From the NCBI GenBank assembly GCA_958295775.1, contig CATQHC010000002.1, forward strand, positions 198,915 to 262,914: DNA of 64,000 nucleotides. The letters run 5' to 3'. Below, one piece after another: positions 38,149-47,726 of this stretch (its first letter is position 1; every line of letters starts with the position of its first letter). The notes beneath the pieces are model-generated. The model was not told where the DNA came from. It worked only from the letters and a program-made list of their open reading frames with translations, and ran no database searches. The translations under genes were made by a program, and so were the position numbers. The DNA is from Chloroflexota bacterium. Its GTDB lineage: Bacteria; Chloroflexota; UBA11872; VXOZ01.

Positions 38149-38910
38149 GTGAAGTTTGTTCGCTATCAGGATGGCTCAAGTGCGGCGTGGGGAATAATTG
38201 AGGGAGATAGTGTTACGCCGGTGCTGGGAGACCCGTTTACGGGTTGGACGAAGACCAATCGAACGGTCGCACCGTGGGACTTGTACGTATTGCCCCCGGC
38301 ATCACCGACGAAGGTGATTTGCGTCGGCTTAAACTACAAGCTCCACGCCGAGGAGAGCGGGATGGAGGTCCCGAAGGAGCCGATGCTGTTTCTCAAGCCC
38401 CCAACTGCCGTAATCGGCCCGGAAGAAGGTGTTGTCTATTCGCATCTCACGACGCAGTTGGACTATGAGTGCGAACTGGCAATAGTTATCGGCAAGACGG
38501 CGCATCGCGTCTCGGTGGATGACGCTCCCGGCGTTGTGGCCGGGTACACGTGCGCGAATGACGTCAGCGCGCGCGATCTGCAGCGCGCGGACGGGCAATG
38601 GGCGCGAGCTAAGGGCATGGACACGTTCTGCCCGTTGGGGCCGGTACTCGTAAACGAGATTGACCCGGTCGGCCTGTGGATTCAGACGAAGCTCAACGGC
38701 GAAGTCAAGCAGGATAGCAATACCGCCGATATGGTGTTCAAGCCGGATTTCATCGTCCACTACGTCTCGCAGGCGTTCACGCTGTTTCCTGGAGATGTCA
38801 TCATTACCGGTACACCGAGCGGCATAGGCCCAATGCAGGTCGGCGACCGTGTGGAAGTCATTATCCAGGGCATTGGCACACTGTCCAATCCGATTGTGGC
38901 ACCGGAGTAA
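38149..38910 (+). CDS. Fumarylacetoacetate hydrolase (FAH) family protein
   Basis: GTG start with ggag RBS; FAH-family blocks CVGLNYKLHAEE, EPMLFLKPPTAVIGP, ECELAIVIGK. Confidence 0.7.
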   Translation: MKFVRYQDGSSAAWGIIEGDSVTPVLGDPFTGWTKTNRTVAPWDLYVLPPASPTKVICVGLNYKLHAEESGMEVPKEPMLFLKPPTAVIGPEEGVVYSHLTTQLDYECELAIVIGKTAHRVSVDDAPGVVAGYTCANDVSARDLQRADGQWARAKGMDTFCPLGPVLVNEIDPVGLWIQTKLNGEVKQDSNTADMVFKPDFIVHYVSQAFTLFPGDVIITGTPSGIGPMQVGDRVEVIIQGIGTLSNPIVAPE

Positions 38911-38959
38911 ATTGCAACTGCTTTAGCGGGCGTGACTGTGAGCTCGCTCTGACGTACAG

Positions 38960-39040
38960 CAGCCGAACTGGCGAATCCTTGCACAGGGGCGTGCCAATTG
39001 TGTGGGGGAGTTCTCGTTCAGTTCGGCTGTTTCCATTTGG
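38960..39040. terminator. Long stem-loop between convergent FAH-family and sfsA genes (bidirectional terminator-like)
   Basis: 11-nt inverted repeat cagccgaactg (38960-38970) / cagttcggctg (39019-39029) followed by TTTCCATTTGG. Confidence 0.4.
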
Positions 39041-39066
39041 CGTCTGCGCATGGCAGCCCGCACTCA

Positions 39067-39762
39067 CTATGAAAGCACTGGAATTGAGTGGCTGAGCACG
39101 ACGCGGTCCGTGGATATCTGGCAGGTGTAGGCGATCAGGTCTACACCGCAGCGATCGGCCGATTGCAGCGCTTGGGCAAACTTAGGGTCAGTGCGGTCGT
39201 TGGCGGCAACGCTGAGCGCGTCGGCGCGCTGTACAACGAAGCAAACCACCGCACGGGCACCCGTGCGACGCAGTCTGATGAGCTCTTCAATGTGCTTACG
39301 TCCGCGTTCAGTGGGCGCATCGGGGAATAAGCCGCGTCCGCCTTCCACGAGGGTAACCGACTTTACTTCCAGCCAGCAGGTCTCATCGGCGCTCTTGAGG
39401 TAGAAGTCAAGCCTACTGTGGCCGCTGCGGCGCTCTCTTTCCCACGTAGGGTATTGTGCGAGCTCCGGCAGGCTGCCCTGAGCCAGGGCTTCCTGAACGA
39501 GATCATTAGGAAGCCGCGTGTTGAGTGAGACCAGTGACCGGCCGCTCTCCACTAGCCACACCTGATACTGGGTCTTCCGCTGCTCCCCTGGCTTTGGTTC
39601 CAACCACAAACGGACGCCGGGCCGCAGGAGTTCATGCAGCCGGCCTGGATCGGGAAGGTGCGCTCTTGCCGGCTCGCTGCGGCCAAGAACTTGCACGAGG
39701 CACGTGAACCGGTTTGGGCGAGACAGGAAAGTCGCTGCTTGCAGTGGAGAGGGAAACTTCAA
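39067..39762 (-). CDS. sfsA: Sugar fermentation stimulation protein A homolog (SfsA)
   Basis: N-terminal FLSRPNRFTCLVQV and overall SfsA-like pattern; 4-nt overlap with the upstream gene. Confidence 0.7.
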   Translation of the reverse strand: MKFPSPLQAATFLSRPNRFTCLVQVLGRSEPARAHLPDPGRLHELLRPGVRLWLEPKPGEQRKTQYQVWLVESGRSLVSLNTRLPNDLVQEALAQGSLPELAQYPTWERERRSGHSRLDFYLKSADETCWLEVKSVTLVEGGRGLFPDAPTERGRKHIEELIRLRRTGARAVVCFVVQRADALSVAANDRTDPKFAQALQSADRCGVDLIAYTCQISTDRVVLSHSIPVLS

Positions 39763-40667
39763 GAGGCATCGCTAGCAAGGCTGCAGAGGCGATCGGCCAA
39801 GTCCACGAACGCTTCAACCTCTTCAAAGCGTTGCCACCAGCGGTCCGGCAGGCTGGAGAGGCCATGCGCGGCGCCTGCGAGTGCCCCGCAAACTGCACCC
39901 GTGGCTTTACTTGCGCCCCCCAGGTTAATTGCCTCGACGAGAGCGGACTCGGCGGAATCAGTGCGCAACAAGCAGACGATCGCGGCTTCCAAGGCATCGA
40001 ATGCCATCGTCGAAGGTTGTATGAACGAGGAAGCTTCCAACTGTGAGAGCCGCTCAAGAACTGGCACAGGAACGTCATACTCATCCATGTGATCGACTAT
40101 GAGCTTGAGCGAGTCATTGACAGAGTTTCCTGAAATCAGCGCCGAAATGATCAGATTCAAGGTTACGGCTGCCCAACTCCACATGCGGTCGTAGTGCGTG
40201 AGTCGGGCGCTGCTGTACGTTGCAGCGATGTTCTGATCAGGATGCTGCGCGTACAACAGGGCTAGCGGCGCGCAGCGGCCCACGACGTGGATTCCTGTAG
40301 TCTTGCCGCCGGATTCCCAGTAGGTAAGGGACGATGCGTGTTCCCATATCATGCCACTGGCAACTTTAGCCAGTGTGCGGTTGGTCACGTCCTGCGACAA
40401 GACCCCTTGGGAGCTGAACGACCACGCGACCAGGCGCTGGAGGGCATCATCGGGATCATACTCGCCGCGGGCTACCATGCTCTCGGCGAGGCAGCGCGCT
40501 TGATTGGCGATCTCACCGGCGTGCGTAGCGGCGGCCCCCCGGAGTTCGCGTAGGACGCCAAAGCGGGTGCGAACCTCTGAGCGCGCCATGCCTTCTGTGG
40601 CAACACCAAGACACTCGCCTATGGCAAGTCCGACAAGTGTTCCGCGAAAGCGGTCGAGTTGCTTCAT
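39759..40667 (-). CDS. ADP-ribosylglycohydrolase family protein
   Basis: N-terminal FRGTLVGLAIGECLG, size and composition typical of DraG/ARH (PF03747). Confidence 0.65.
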   Translation of the reverse strand: MKQLDRFRGTLVGLAIGECLGVATEGMARSEVRTRFGVLRELRGAAATHAGEIANQARCLAESMVARGEYDPDDALQRLVAWSFSSQGVLSQDVTNRTLAKVASGMIWEHASSLTYWESGGKTTGIHVVGRCAPLALLYAQHPDQNIAATYSSARLTHYDRMWSWAAVTLNLIISALISGNSVNDSLKLIVDHMDEYDVPVPVLERLSQLEASSFIQPSTMAFDALEAAIVCLLRTDSAESALVEAINLGGASKATGAVCGALAGAAHGLSSLPDRWWQRFEEVEAFVDLADRLCSLASDAS

Positions 40668-40724
40668 TTTCGCTAGAGCTATGTAATTTCTTTGCTTAGA
40701 GCAGCCGATTCATGGCTATTGTGG

Positions 40725-41462
40725 CTAGTTTGTAGAGAAGTGCAGGCTAAAAACAAGCGAACGTGTTACTTCATGGCACGTCTTGCAGAGATAGATCCCT
40801 GCTTCTTCTGCTGCGGCCGCCACAGTCATTAACTCATCGATGGACTGTGTTTCAACCATGATACAGGGCGCCACGCACGGGTGTGCGCTCGCACGCTTGG
40901 CGGAGGCAGATTCCCCAGTTTGCGCCCGGCTTCCGCTCGGCAAGCCGTTCGGGAGACCCACAAGATGGCCGAAGTTATGCATAACCAGATTCCGCAGACA
41001 CTTGAGGCGCAGATTCGCGTCCGCAATCTGCGACAAATGGCGCAGAGAGATTATCGTAACCAAGTCAGGCTCTGTGCAAGCGAATACCGAGGGAAAGTCC
41101 CCATCCTGGTTTTCGGTGTCGTCATGCAACTCAGTATGTAAGAGCACGAGGTCTAGATGCGGATCGGCATGCTGCCAGGGCTCGTAGCGTACGATGTCAA
41201 TGAGGGTTGCGGCTGAAACCTGACCGGATCGCTGATCGAGGCTTGACTCCCAATACCAACGGAATGAATGGTATGCCTCATTGGCTGTGGAATTCTGCAG
41301 TGCCCAGTTGCCATACGGGCGCAACATGATGGGGGCAAGGCCGATGTCTTGCTCCACGGCGACTTTTTGGAGGAAGCGCAGAATGTCGCGCATGGCGCCA
41401 ATGCACTCTTTGGCCTCCGCTTCGCTCACACCATCGGACCAGAGGATGGTGATTGGCTTCAT
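40725..41462 (-). CDS. Archaemetzincin-like (M54) protein with HNxxH in place of HExxH
   Basis: MHNFGHLVGL…HPCVAPCIM…(23 aa)…CKTC follows the archaemetzincin pattern HExxHxxGx3Cx4CxM…CxxC, except Glu is Asn and there is a 22-aa insert. Confidence 0.5.
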   Translation of the reverse strand: MKPITILWSDGVSEAEAKECIGAMRDILRFLQKVAVEQDIGLAPIMLRPYGNWALQNSTANEAYHSFRWYWESSLDQRSGQVSAATLIDIVRYEPWQHADPHLDLVLLHTELHDDTENQDGDFPSVFACTEPDLVTIISLRHLSQIADANLRLKCLRNLVMHNFGHLVGLPNGLPSGSRAQTGESASAKRASAHPCVAPCIMVETQSIDELMTVAAAAEEAGIYLCKTCHEVTRSLVFSLHFSTN

Positions 41463-42532
41463 GGTTGTGCGGCCTGTTCGAAAGATTGGATTTCTTGAAG
41501 TCCATCCAGGACACCGATCTCCAAGTGAAAGGCTTGCACTTCACCCGGTTTCAGATACTTCAACCTGCCTTCAGCGCGCTCTACGGCACGCCCAAGGGGC
41601 AGGCAGTTGCCTGGCTCCAAGCCAACGACATACTCATCGCTGTTCATCATCTTCCACTCTGTAAAGCATGGGAGTTCAAGTGGGTCATAGCGCAAATACA
41701 TGCCGATGCCGCCGCCTATCGTGGGATTCACGATTGCGGCATGCACCCGGCCGTCAGCACGGGGCTTCATGGTGTGGAAGTAAACGCGTTCGGCATAGTC
41801 AGGCGTAGGATCCTCAAACCGGTCAAATCGATCCCGCCCCACCTGGGCGGCAGCGTCGCGCGGTTCGACATGCTCTGTCGGCAGGAGCAGCCGCGCGTCT
41901 CGGTGTACAAGTGGAAAGCCAACATTTATGTGATAGAGCAACATGAATGGGCTCGGACTGCGTCCCCGGTTTTCAACCTGGTCATGAACGAAAAACCGGG
42001 ATTCGCCCAAGCGCGCCCAAATGCATCGCGTGAGGACCAACGTATCTCCAAAGACGGTGCTTTCGGTCAGGCGTCCCTGGACGCGCATGACATAATCATC
42101 GCCCTCCCAATCATTGTCCACCAAGACGTTGCGGGCCGCAGTGTACGAGATGCGGCCGTGGATGCCGAGGTCCTCGTCGCCATCGGGACCGGCCGCCCCG
42201 AGATAGGTTAAGCCGCAGGTAGCAATGAGACCGCCAAAGAAGCCACGCAACCAGCCCATTTCAGCAGGTTCAAAGTAGGCGCTGTGCACGTCACCGGTGC
42301 GAGAGCGCCACGCAAGTGGGATTCCGTTGTACTCGGCGTGAGTCACATCCAGTCCGCGCGTTGGCGATACCCAGAGGTTGAGACCCGACCCAGTGCGCAT
42401 CTCCGCGGCCAGCATAGCGTCTTCGGGTCCCTCTTCCAGCCGGAAGCGCTTTGCGCCGCCGAGTTGGTCCATGCTGCCAACCCGGCTGAGCAAATCTTCA
42501 CGGGAATAGGTTGTATTCCATAGTGTGGGCAT
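41459..42532 (-). CDS. Aldose-1-epimerase-like/DUF4432 family protein
   Basis: Composition and length resemble the galactose-mutarotase-like DUF4432 family; 4-nt overlap with the downstream gene. Confidence 0.4.
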   Translation of the reverse strand: MPTLWNTTYSREDLLSRVGSMDQLGGAKRFRLEEGPEDAMLAAEMRTGSGLNLWVSPTRGLDVTHAEYNGIPLAWRSRTGDVHSAYFEPAEMGWLRGFFGGLIATCGLTYLGAAGPDGDEDLGIHGRISYTAARNVLVDNDWEGDDYVMRVQGRLTESTVFGDTLVLTRCIWARLGESRFFVHDQVENRGRSPSPFMLLYHINVGFPLVHRDARLLLPTEHVEPRDAAAQVGRDRFDRFEDPTPDYAERVYFHTMKPRADGRVHAAIVNPTIGGGIGMYLRYDPLELPCFTEWKMMNSDEYVVGLEPGNCLPLGRAVERAEGRLKYLKPGEVQAFHLEIGVLDGLQEIQSFEQAAQP

Positions 42533-42537
42533 GGGCG

Positions 42538-42960
42538 TCAGTTTGCCTCAACTGCACTGCGAATGAGGTTTATCCTAGGAGAAGACCTGGGGCTCCCGCT
42601 TACAGCGACCACGTCAATCCGCCAATCACCGCCCGCATGTTCGGTGTCCTGGAGATAATGCTGGGCAGCCGCAATGATGTGCGCAGCTTTCGCGGGCGTC
42701 ACCGCCTCTTGTGGAAGGCCAAAACTGGTAGTACGCCGCGTCTTGACTTCCACAAAGACGATAGACTCACCCTCGCGCGCGATAATATCCAACTCCCCGG
42801 CAGGTGTCCGGTAGTTGCGGGACAAGATAATGTAGCCGTGTCCCGCGAGATAGCGGGCGGCAACTTCCTCTCCCCAGTGCCCAAGGGCTTGACGCTGCCG
42901 GCTGGACTTCACCGGTCTACCCCCTGCATCCAAGCACCTGAGTTCGATGAATTGCTGCAA
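42538..42960 (-). CDS. yraN: YraN-family (UPF0102) putative endonuclease
   Basis: GEEVAARYLAGHGYIILSRNYR…GELDIIAREGESIVFVEVKTRR matches the YraN core; the true start is probably internal, near rnhB stop 42909. Confidence 0.6.
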   Translation of the reverse strand: MQQFIELRCLDAGGRPVKSSRQRQALGHWGEEVAARYLAGHGYIILSRNYRTPAGELDIIAREGESIVFVEVKTRRTTSFGLPQEAVTPAKAAHIIAAAQHYLQDTEHAGGDWRIDVVAVSGSPRSSPRINLIRSAVEAN

Positions 42961-43760
42961 GCAACGGTCGAAGCGACGCCGTGCAATATATCATCACTTT
43001 TCTGATCTGCGGCGCACTCATTTGAGAACGCTTCAGTGGGATTCTCTGGGGGTAGGACTTGGGACGTGGCGCGCATTACGGGGCGAAAGGTTGCGCGGTG
43101 TATGGCGCACGGGCCGAAAACTGTCAGTGCTTGTTGGTGTCTGCGGGTACCGTACCCCTTGTTGTTGGCAAAATCATAGTGGGGATACACCGGATCAAAC
43201 TGGCACATCAACTGATCTCGATGCACTTTGGCCAAGATCGAGGCCATGGCCACCGAGAGACACCGTTGATCGGCCTTGGCATGCGATTCAACCGGCACGG
43301 GCGCGTTGCGCAAGGGTACGGCGTCGGTTAGAAGAATGTCCGGCGCAGATGGGAGCTTTGTTACAAGGTCGTCATAGGCGCGTCGGATCGCAAGTCGCAC
43401 AGCCATGCCAAAACCTGAGTCTGCAATCTCACGGGAAGTTGCCGCGCCCAGTCCCCAGGCAGTTACGTGCGCCATGATGCGCGGTGCAAGCGTTACACGC
43501 TGCTTTGCGCTGAGGAGCTTGGAATCGTCGACTTCCCGGAGATCGGGAGGCAGCGATTGGAAGACTCGCGGAGGTACGGCCACCATACCTGCCACAACCG
43601 GACCGGCCCAGGCGCCCCGTCCGACTTCATCGGTGCCGGCAATCAACTTGGCGCCACGGTCAAGCCAAGACCATTCAATTGCGAGGCTTTGCATGCGAGC
43701 GGAGGTACGCATTGCGTAACAATGCCCGCCAGGCTTGGAGCGAGCGGGCATTCCTTCCAA
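42909..43760 (-). CDS. rnhB: Ribonuclease HII
   Basis: GTDEVGRGAWAGPVVAGMV catalytic N-terminus, DSK motif; the N-terminal ORF extension is probably not translated. Confidence 0.8.
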   Translation of the reverse strand: MEGMPARSKPGGHCYAMRTSARMQSLAIEWSWLDRGAKLIAGTDEVGRGAWAGPVVAGMVAVPPRVFQSLPPDLREVDDSKLLSAKQRVTLAPRIMAHVTAWGLGAATSREIADSGFGMAVRLAIRRAYDDLVTKLPSAPDILLTDAVPLRNAPVPVESHAKADQRCLSVAMASILAKVHRDQLMCQFDPVYPHYDFANNKGYGTRRHQQALTVFGPCAIHRATFRPVMRATSQVLPPENPTEAFSNECAADQKSDDILHGVASTVACSNSSNSGAWMQGVDR

Positions 43761-43771
43761 TGATGTGCAGA

Positions 43772-44116
43772 CTACCGGCGTTCTTTTATGCGTGCGGCCT
43801 TGCCAACACGCTCGCGGAGATAGTACAACTTTGCGCGGCGAACTTTGCCCCGTCGCACTACGCTAAGGCTCTCGATCCGGGGAGAATGGAGCAGGAACGT
43901 GCGCTCGACACCGATGCCGTGGGCGGTGCGACGTACGGTGAAGTTTTCATTGATGCCAGCGGCGCGGCGCGAAAGCACAACGCCCTCAAAGGCCTGCGTG
44001 CGTTCCCGTCCGCTCTCCACAACTCTCACGTTCACTCGCACGGTATCGCCAGGGGAAAACTCGGGCACGTCCGACTTTAGCTGCGATTGCACAATTTCGT
44101 CGATAATCGTCGTCAT
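43772..44116 (-). CDS. rplS: 50S ribosomal protein L19
   Basis: [12 protein letters not shown]…RTQAFEGVV…[14 protein letters not shown]. Confidence 0.9.
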   Translation of the reverse strand: MTTIIDEIVQSQLKSDVPEFSPGDTVRVNVRVVESGRERTQAFEGVVLSRRAAGINENFTVRRTAHGIGVERTFLLHSPRIESLSVVRRGKVRRAKLYYLRERVGKAARIKERR

Positions 44117-44172
44117 ATTCGCTTCTCGTTACTCAGCCGGGCAACACTTACTCTTGCTACGGTAGCACACAA

Positions 44173-44910
44173 TCATGATGATTCGCAATGAGACTTGGCA
44201 CTGAGGGATGCTCGCTCTGCTTCGCTTAAATCGGCGCCCGCGAGCAAGTCGGGACGGCGCTCATGCGTGCGCAAGAGTGACTGGGTGCGCCGCCAACTAT
44301 CGATCTGCTGGTGATTGCCGGAGAGCAAGATGTCCGGCACCCGTATTCCCTCATAGTCGGCGGGTCGCGTGTATTGCGGATACTCTAGTAGTCCCGCTGA
44401 GTGCGACTCCTCGTTGACTGCGGAGCATCCCCCACCAAGCACACCTGGCAGTTGACGCGCCACTGAATCAAGCAGCACCAGGCTCGGCAACTCACCACCG
44501 CTTACGACGTAGTCGCCAATCGAGACTTCTTCGTGGGCGAGGAATTCCGCCACCCTCTCGTCCACCCCCTCATAGCGCCCACAGAGCAGGATCAGTTGCG
44601 CGTGTGCCGCAAACTCAACGGTCCTCTGTTGCGTGAGGTGGCGTCCTGAAGGGCTAAGGAGTATGACATACGCTCCTGGCGTCCGGAGGTCGGCGACAGC
44701 GCGAAAGAATGGCTCCGGCTTCATGACCATGCCGGTGCCGCCGCCAAAAGTGTAGTCATCGGTCACTCTGTGCTTGCCTTCTGCCCAGTTACGCAGATTG
44801 TGCACAGCAACTGTAAGCTGACCGCCTGCCACGGCGCGTCTGAGCGTACCGTGGTCAAGCGGTCCTCGAAAGTATTCCGGAAAGAGTGTGAGAATTTCTA
44901 CACGCAGCAT
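44173..44910 (-). CDS. trmD: tRNA (guanine37-N1)-methyltransferase
   Basis: [14 protein letters not shown]…[17 protein letters not shown]…. Confidence 0.9.
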   Translation of the reverse strand: MLRVEILTLFPEYFRGPLDHGTLRRAVAGGQLTVAVHNLRNWAEGKHRVTDDYTFGGGTGMVMKPEPFFRAVADLRTPGAYVILLSPSGRHLTQQRTVEFAAHAQLILLCGRYEGVDERVAEFLAHEEVSIGDYVVSGGELPSLVLLDSVARQLPGVLGGGCSAVNEESHSAGLLEYPQYTRPADYEGIRVPDILLSGNHQQIDSWRRTQSLLRTHERRPDLLAGADLSEAERASLSAKSHCESS

Positions 44911-45190
44911 ATTGTTCGCAGTGTCTCGGGATGGCCTGACCCAATGTCCCCACTCGCCCTTGATGCGTTCGCAGGACTACAAAGACCAGTCTCAGTCGAG
45001 GTGACGAAGCTTTTCAGCAAGACGATTGCAGGAGTATCAACGTACCGGAAAGACCTGCACGGAAGCGCACCGTTTGTGCTCTCCAACTTGCAGAATACAG
45101 TCCATAGTCTGACTTGGGCCTGTGCAGAGTCTTCTGTGCGGGCTGATGGGATAAGGACTACGGAGGGCCCGCAGCCCGCGGTCGCAGGGC

Positions 45191-45805
45191 TTACCGGTTC
45201 TCCTCTTCAGGCAGCAAGCCGGGCATGAGCCGGACAGTAATGCGTTGTTCCTCCAGGTCTATCGATTGCACTACCTCGGCTGTGGCTGGCAGCAATATCT
45301 CTTTGGGTTCAGCGCCGCGCACAATGTAGACGTCATTGCTGCCGGTAACGAGGATGTCAGCGACACAACCGAGAAAAGTGCCGTCAGTCGTGTGCACCTC
45401 CAGCCCCTTGATCTGGTGATGATGGAAGCTGCCCGCCGGCAGGGGGGGAATCTCCGCTTCGGGGAGAGCGATGTATGAACGGGACAGTCTTGCAGCGGAC
45501 TCGCGGGTCTCGACTCCATTCAGGCGAAGTAGTGCACCCTTTGGGGTAAAGCGCACACCCTTCATCGCGAAGGCGGCGTATTCCTCCCCAATGTAGACGC
45601 GTTTGATGGAATTGAAGCGCTCGGGAAAGTCTGTGAGGATGTCTACCCGCAGTTCGCCCCGCACGCCATGAGGCGCCCTCACGCGTCCAATAATAATCCA
45701 GCCTGCGAATGCGTTGGACTGCACTCGCTTCTGTGCTGCGCTACCGTCGGGACTCACGGCGACCGGGTCAAATGATGTCGAGGGCAACACGACGGCTCGA
45801 TTCAC
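45191..45805 (-). CDS. rimM: Ribosome maturation factor RimM
   Basis: GRVRAPHGVRGELRVDILTDFPERF; the true start is likely the internal GTG near 45724. Confidence 0.8.
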   Translation of the reverse strand: MNRAVVLPSTSFDPVAVSPDGSAAQKRVQSNAFAGWIIIGRVRAPHGVRGELRVDILTDFPERFNSIKRVYIGEEYAAFAMKGVRFTPKGALLRLNGVETRESAARLSRSYIALPEAEIPPLPAGSFHHHQIKGLEVHTTDGTFLGCVADILVTGSNDVYIVRGAEPKEILLPATAEVVQSIDLEEQRITVRLMPGLLPEEENR

Positions 45806-46100
45806 CTGCCGCCGCGCGCATTACCGTCCGAATTGCTTGGGCAATACGGCCGTCCTTGCCGATGACACGACCCTTGTCCTCGTCGGCCACGCGCAGCTCG
45901 TAGACTACTGCTTGAGAGCGAACGAGCTCCCGCACCTGCACATCATCTACATTGCGGACAAGCCCGTAGGCAACGAATTCGACGAGGCCCGTCAAGGCCG
46001 GCACCGTGCCGCTATCACCGCGGTACTCGCGGCCGCCGCCCCATTGCCGAGGACCGCGCCGACCGCCGTCACGCGGTCTGCCTGATCGCTGTTGATACAT
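45768..46100 (-). CDS. khpA: KH-domain RNA-binding protein KhpA
   Basis: LVEFVAYGLVRNVDDVQV…ELRVADEDKGRVIGKDGRIAQAIRTVMRAAA; the RGG-rich N-terminal ORF extension is probably untranslated. Confidence 0.75.
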   Translation of the reverse strand: MYQQRSGRPRDGGRRGPRQWGGGREYRGDSGTVPALTGLVEFVAYGLVRNVDDVQVRELVRSQAVVYELRVADEDKGRVIGKDGRIAQAIRTVMRAAAGESSRRVALDII

Positions 46101-46102
46101 GG

Positions 46103-46354
46103 TTAGGCCTCCAGTCCGGCAATCACAAGTAGCTTGCGCACTCGATCAGTAGGCTGCGCCCCCTTTTGCAGCCATTCCTGGGCCCGCTCCGTATCAATCT
46201 TCACGGTAGATGGCTCAGTTCGCGGATTGTAGTGTCCCAGAATTTCCACATGGCGCCCATTGCGCGCCATAGTGGAGTCGGCCACGACTACCCGATAGTG
46301 GGGCTGCTTTCGTTTGCCGATACGGGCCAGACGAATTCTTAGCAAAGTGCTCAT
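46103..46354 (-). CDS. rpsP: 30S ribosomal protein S16
   Basis: LLRIRLARIGKRKQPHYRVVVADS…RHVEILGHYNP; the ORF track starts 9 nt upstream at 46363. Confidence 0.85.
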   Translation of the reverse strand: MSTLLRIRLARIGKRKQPHYRVVVADSTMARNGRHVEILGHYNPRTEPSTVKIDTERAQEWLQKGAQPTDRVRKLLVIAGLEA

Positions 46355-46558
46355 CCTCCTCAACAGATGACATGATTACGTGTGTTCAAATTTGCTACTA
46401 GTACACTTTCACAACAGAGCTTTCGTGAACCATAGCCTATGGTTAGCAAGCTCTTGAGCCGTTCCAAAATGCTGTGCCCCGCTCCCTTGCCTTGGTTACT
46501 CGGTAATTCACAAAAACGGCAGCTAGGCGGCAAGCGCAGACACTACCTTTCAAGGCGT

Positions 46559-46987
46559 CTAAGGATCCTTATAGTCCTCGCGTGGCGGTGAGAAAATGTC
46601 CAAGACTTTGGTTGGTTCGTCTGCGGTTGCGGCATGCGGTGTATTGCCTGGGATCACATACGTCTCGCCCGGCTTTAGCACAAGCAACTCCTCACCAATT
46701 GTGAGCTTCAGTGTGCCTTCCAGGACGTATCCCGTTTGCTCATTTGGATGGTCGTGCAAAGGCACGTCGCCGCCGGGCGCAAAGATGATCTGACAAATCA
46801 TGGCGTTATCGCCATAGGCCAGTGTCTTGCGGTGTACTCCCGCAAACATTTCTACCGGATCAATGTGGGCAGCGTTAGCGCGCATCAGCATCTTCCCGCA
46901 CGACTTCTCCATGCAATTCACAACAAGAGCCAAGGTCCGCAACGAGGTGACCTGCTTAATCGTAGCAAAAGCGCGTAGTGACGACAA
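46559..46987 (-). CDS. Cupin-2 domain protein
   Basis: [16 protein letters not shown]…[12 protein letters not shown] cupin motifs. Confidence 0.6.
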   Translation of the reverse strand: MSSLRAFATIKQVTSLRTLALVVNCMEKSCGKMLMRANAAHIDPVEMFAGVHRKTLAYGDNAMICQIIFAPGGDVPLHDHPNEQTGYVLEGTLKLTIGEELLVLKPGETYVIPGNTPHAATADEPTKVLDIFSPPREDYKDP

Positions 46988-46993
46988 GTTAGG

Positions 46994-47725
46994 TTGTCAT
47001 TTCATAGATGCGGTGCTACGATGGGTGGGACTATCCGTCCGCTCCTCAACCCACCTGACGCGAGGTCGTTTTTGCTTTCCCAGCTTGGTAACCCGGCGGT
47101 TTTCCTTGGCCTGCTGCTTGCCTTGATAGTTGGAATCTCCGTGCATGAATTCAGCCACGCCTGGATGGCAAATAGGCTTGGCGACCCCACGGCGCGATCT
47201 CAGGGAAGGCTCACGCTCAATCCGCTCTCCCACCTCGACCTTTTGGGCACTCTCATGATATTCATCATCGGCTTTGGTTGGGGTAAGCCGGTGCCGTACA
47301 ATCCGGCCAATTTGCGCAATGGCCCAATTTCGGGGGGCGCCATGGTGGCAGCCGCGGGCCCCGCTGCCAACCTTGTGGCTGCTGCTGTCGTCGGATTGTT
47401 GATTAGGGGCTATGTCTCTTCAATCGACACAGCCACTGACAGCACGACTGGTGCAATAGTGACTATGCTCGGCATCGTAGTGCAAATTAACATCGCCTTG
47501 GCCATCTTCAATATAATCCCAATTCCCCCGCTGGATGGCTATCGCATACTCCTGCGCTTCTTGCCGCCCCATATTGTGCCCTCCATTTCCTGGCTCGAAA
47601 TGCAGGGACCGTTCGTACTGTTGGTGATCGTCCTTCTGGACCAGTGGTTCTTGCGGATTGGTATCTTCCAAGCGATACTCGGCCCGCCGGTAAATTTCCT
47701 CATACGTTTGTTCTTAGGACTGTGA
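46994..47725 (+). CDS. Site-2 protease family (M50) zinc metalloprotease
   Basis: HEFSHAW (HExxH) in the first TM helix, [11 protein letters not shown] motif, multi-TM. Confidence 0.75.
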   Translation: MSFHRCGATMGGTIRPLLNPPDARSFLLSQLGNPAVFLGLLLALIVGISVHEFSHAWMANRLGDPTARSQGRLTLNPLSHLDLLGTLMIFIIGFGWGKPVPYNPANLRNGPISGGAMVAAAGPAANLVAAAVVGLLIRGYVSSIDTATDSTTGAIVTMLGIVVQINIALAIFNIIPIPPLDGYRILLRFLPPHIVPSISWLEMQGPFVLLVIVLLDQWFLRIGIFQAILGPPVNFLIRLFLGL

Positions 47726-47726
47726 C

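Noticed and set aside
42909-43760. Long N-terminal extensions in the ORF-track versions of rnhB, rimM, khpA, yraN and rpmD
   Set aside because: Alignment to the family N-termini indicates that internal ATG or GTG starts are the real ones; the extensions reflect permissive ORF calling across short intergenic or overlapping regions
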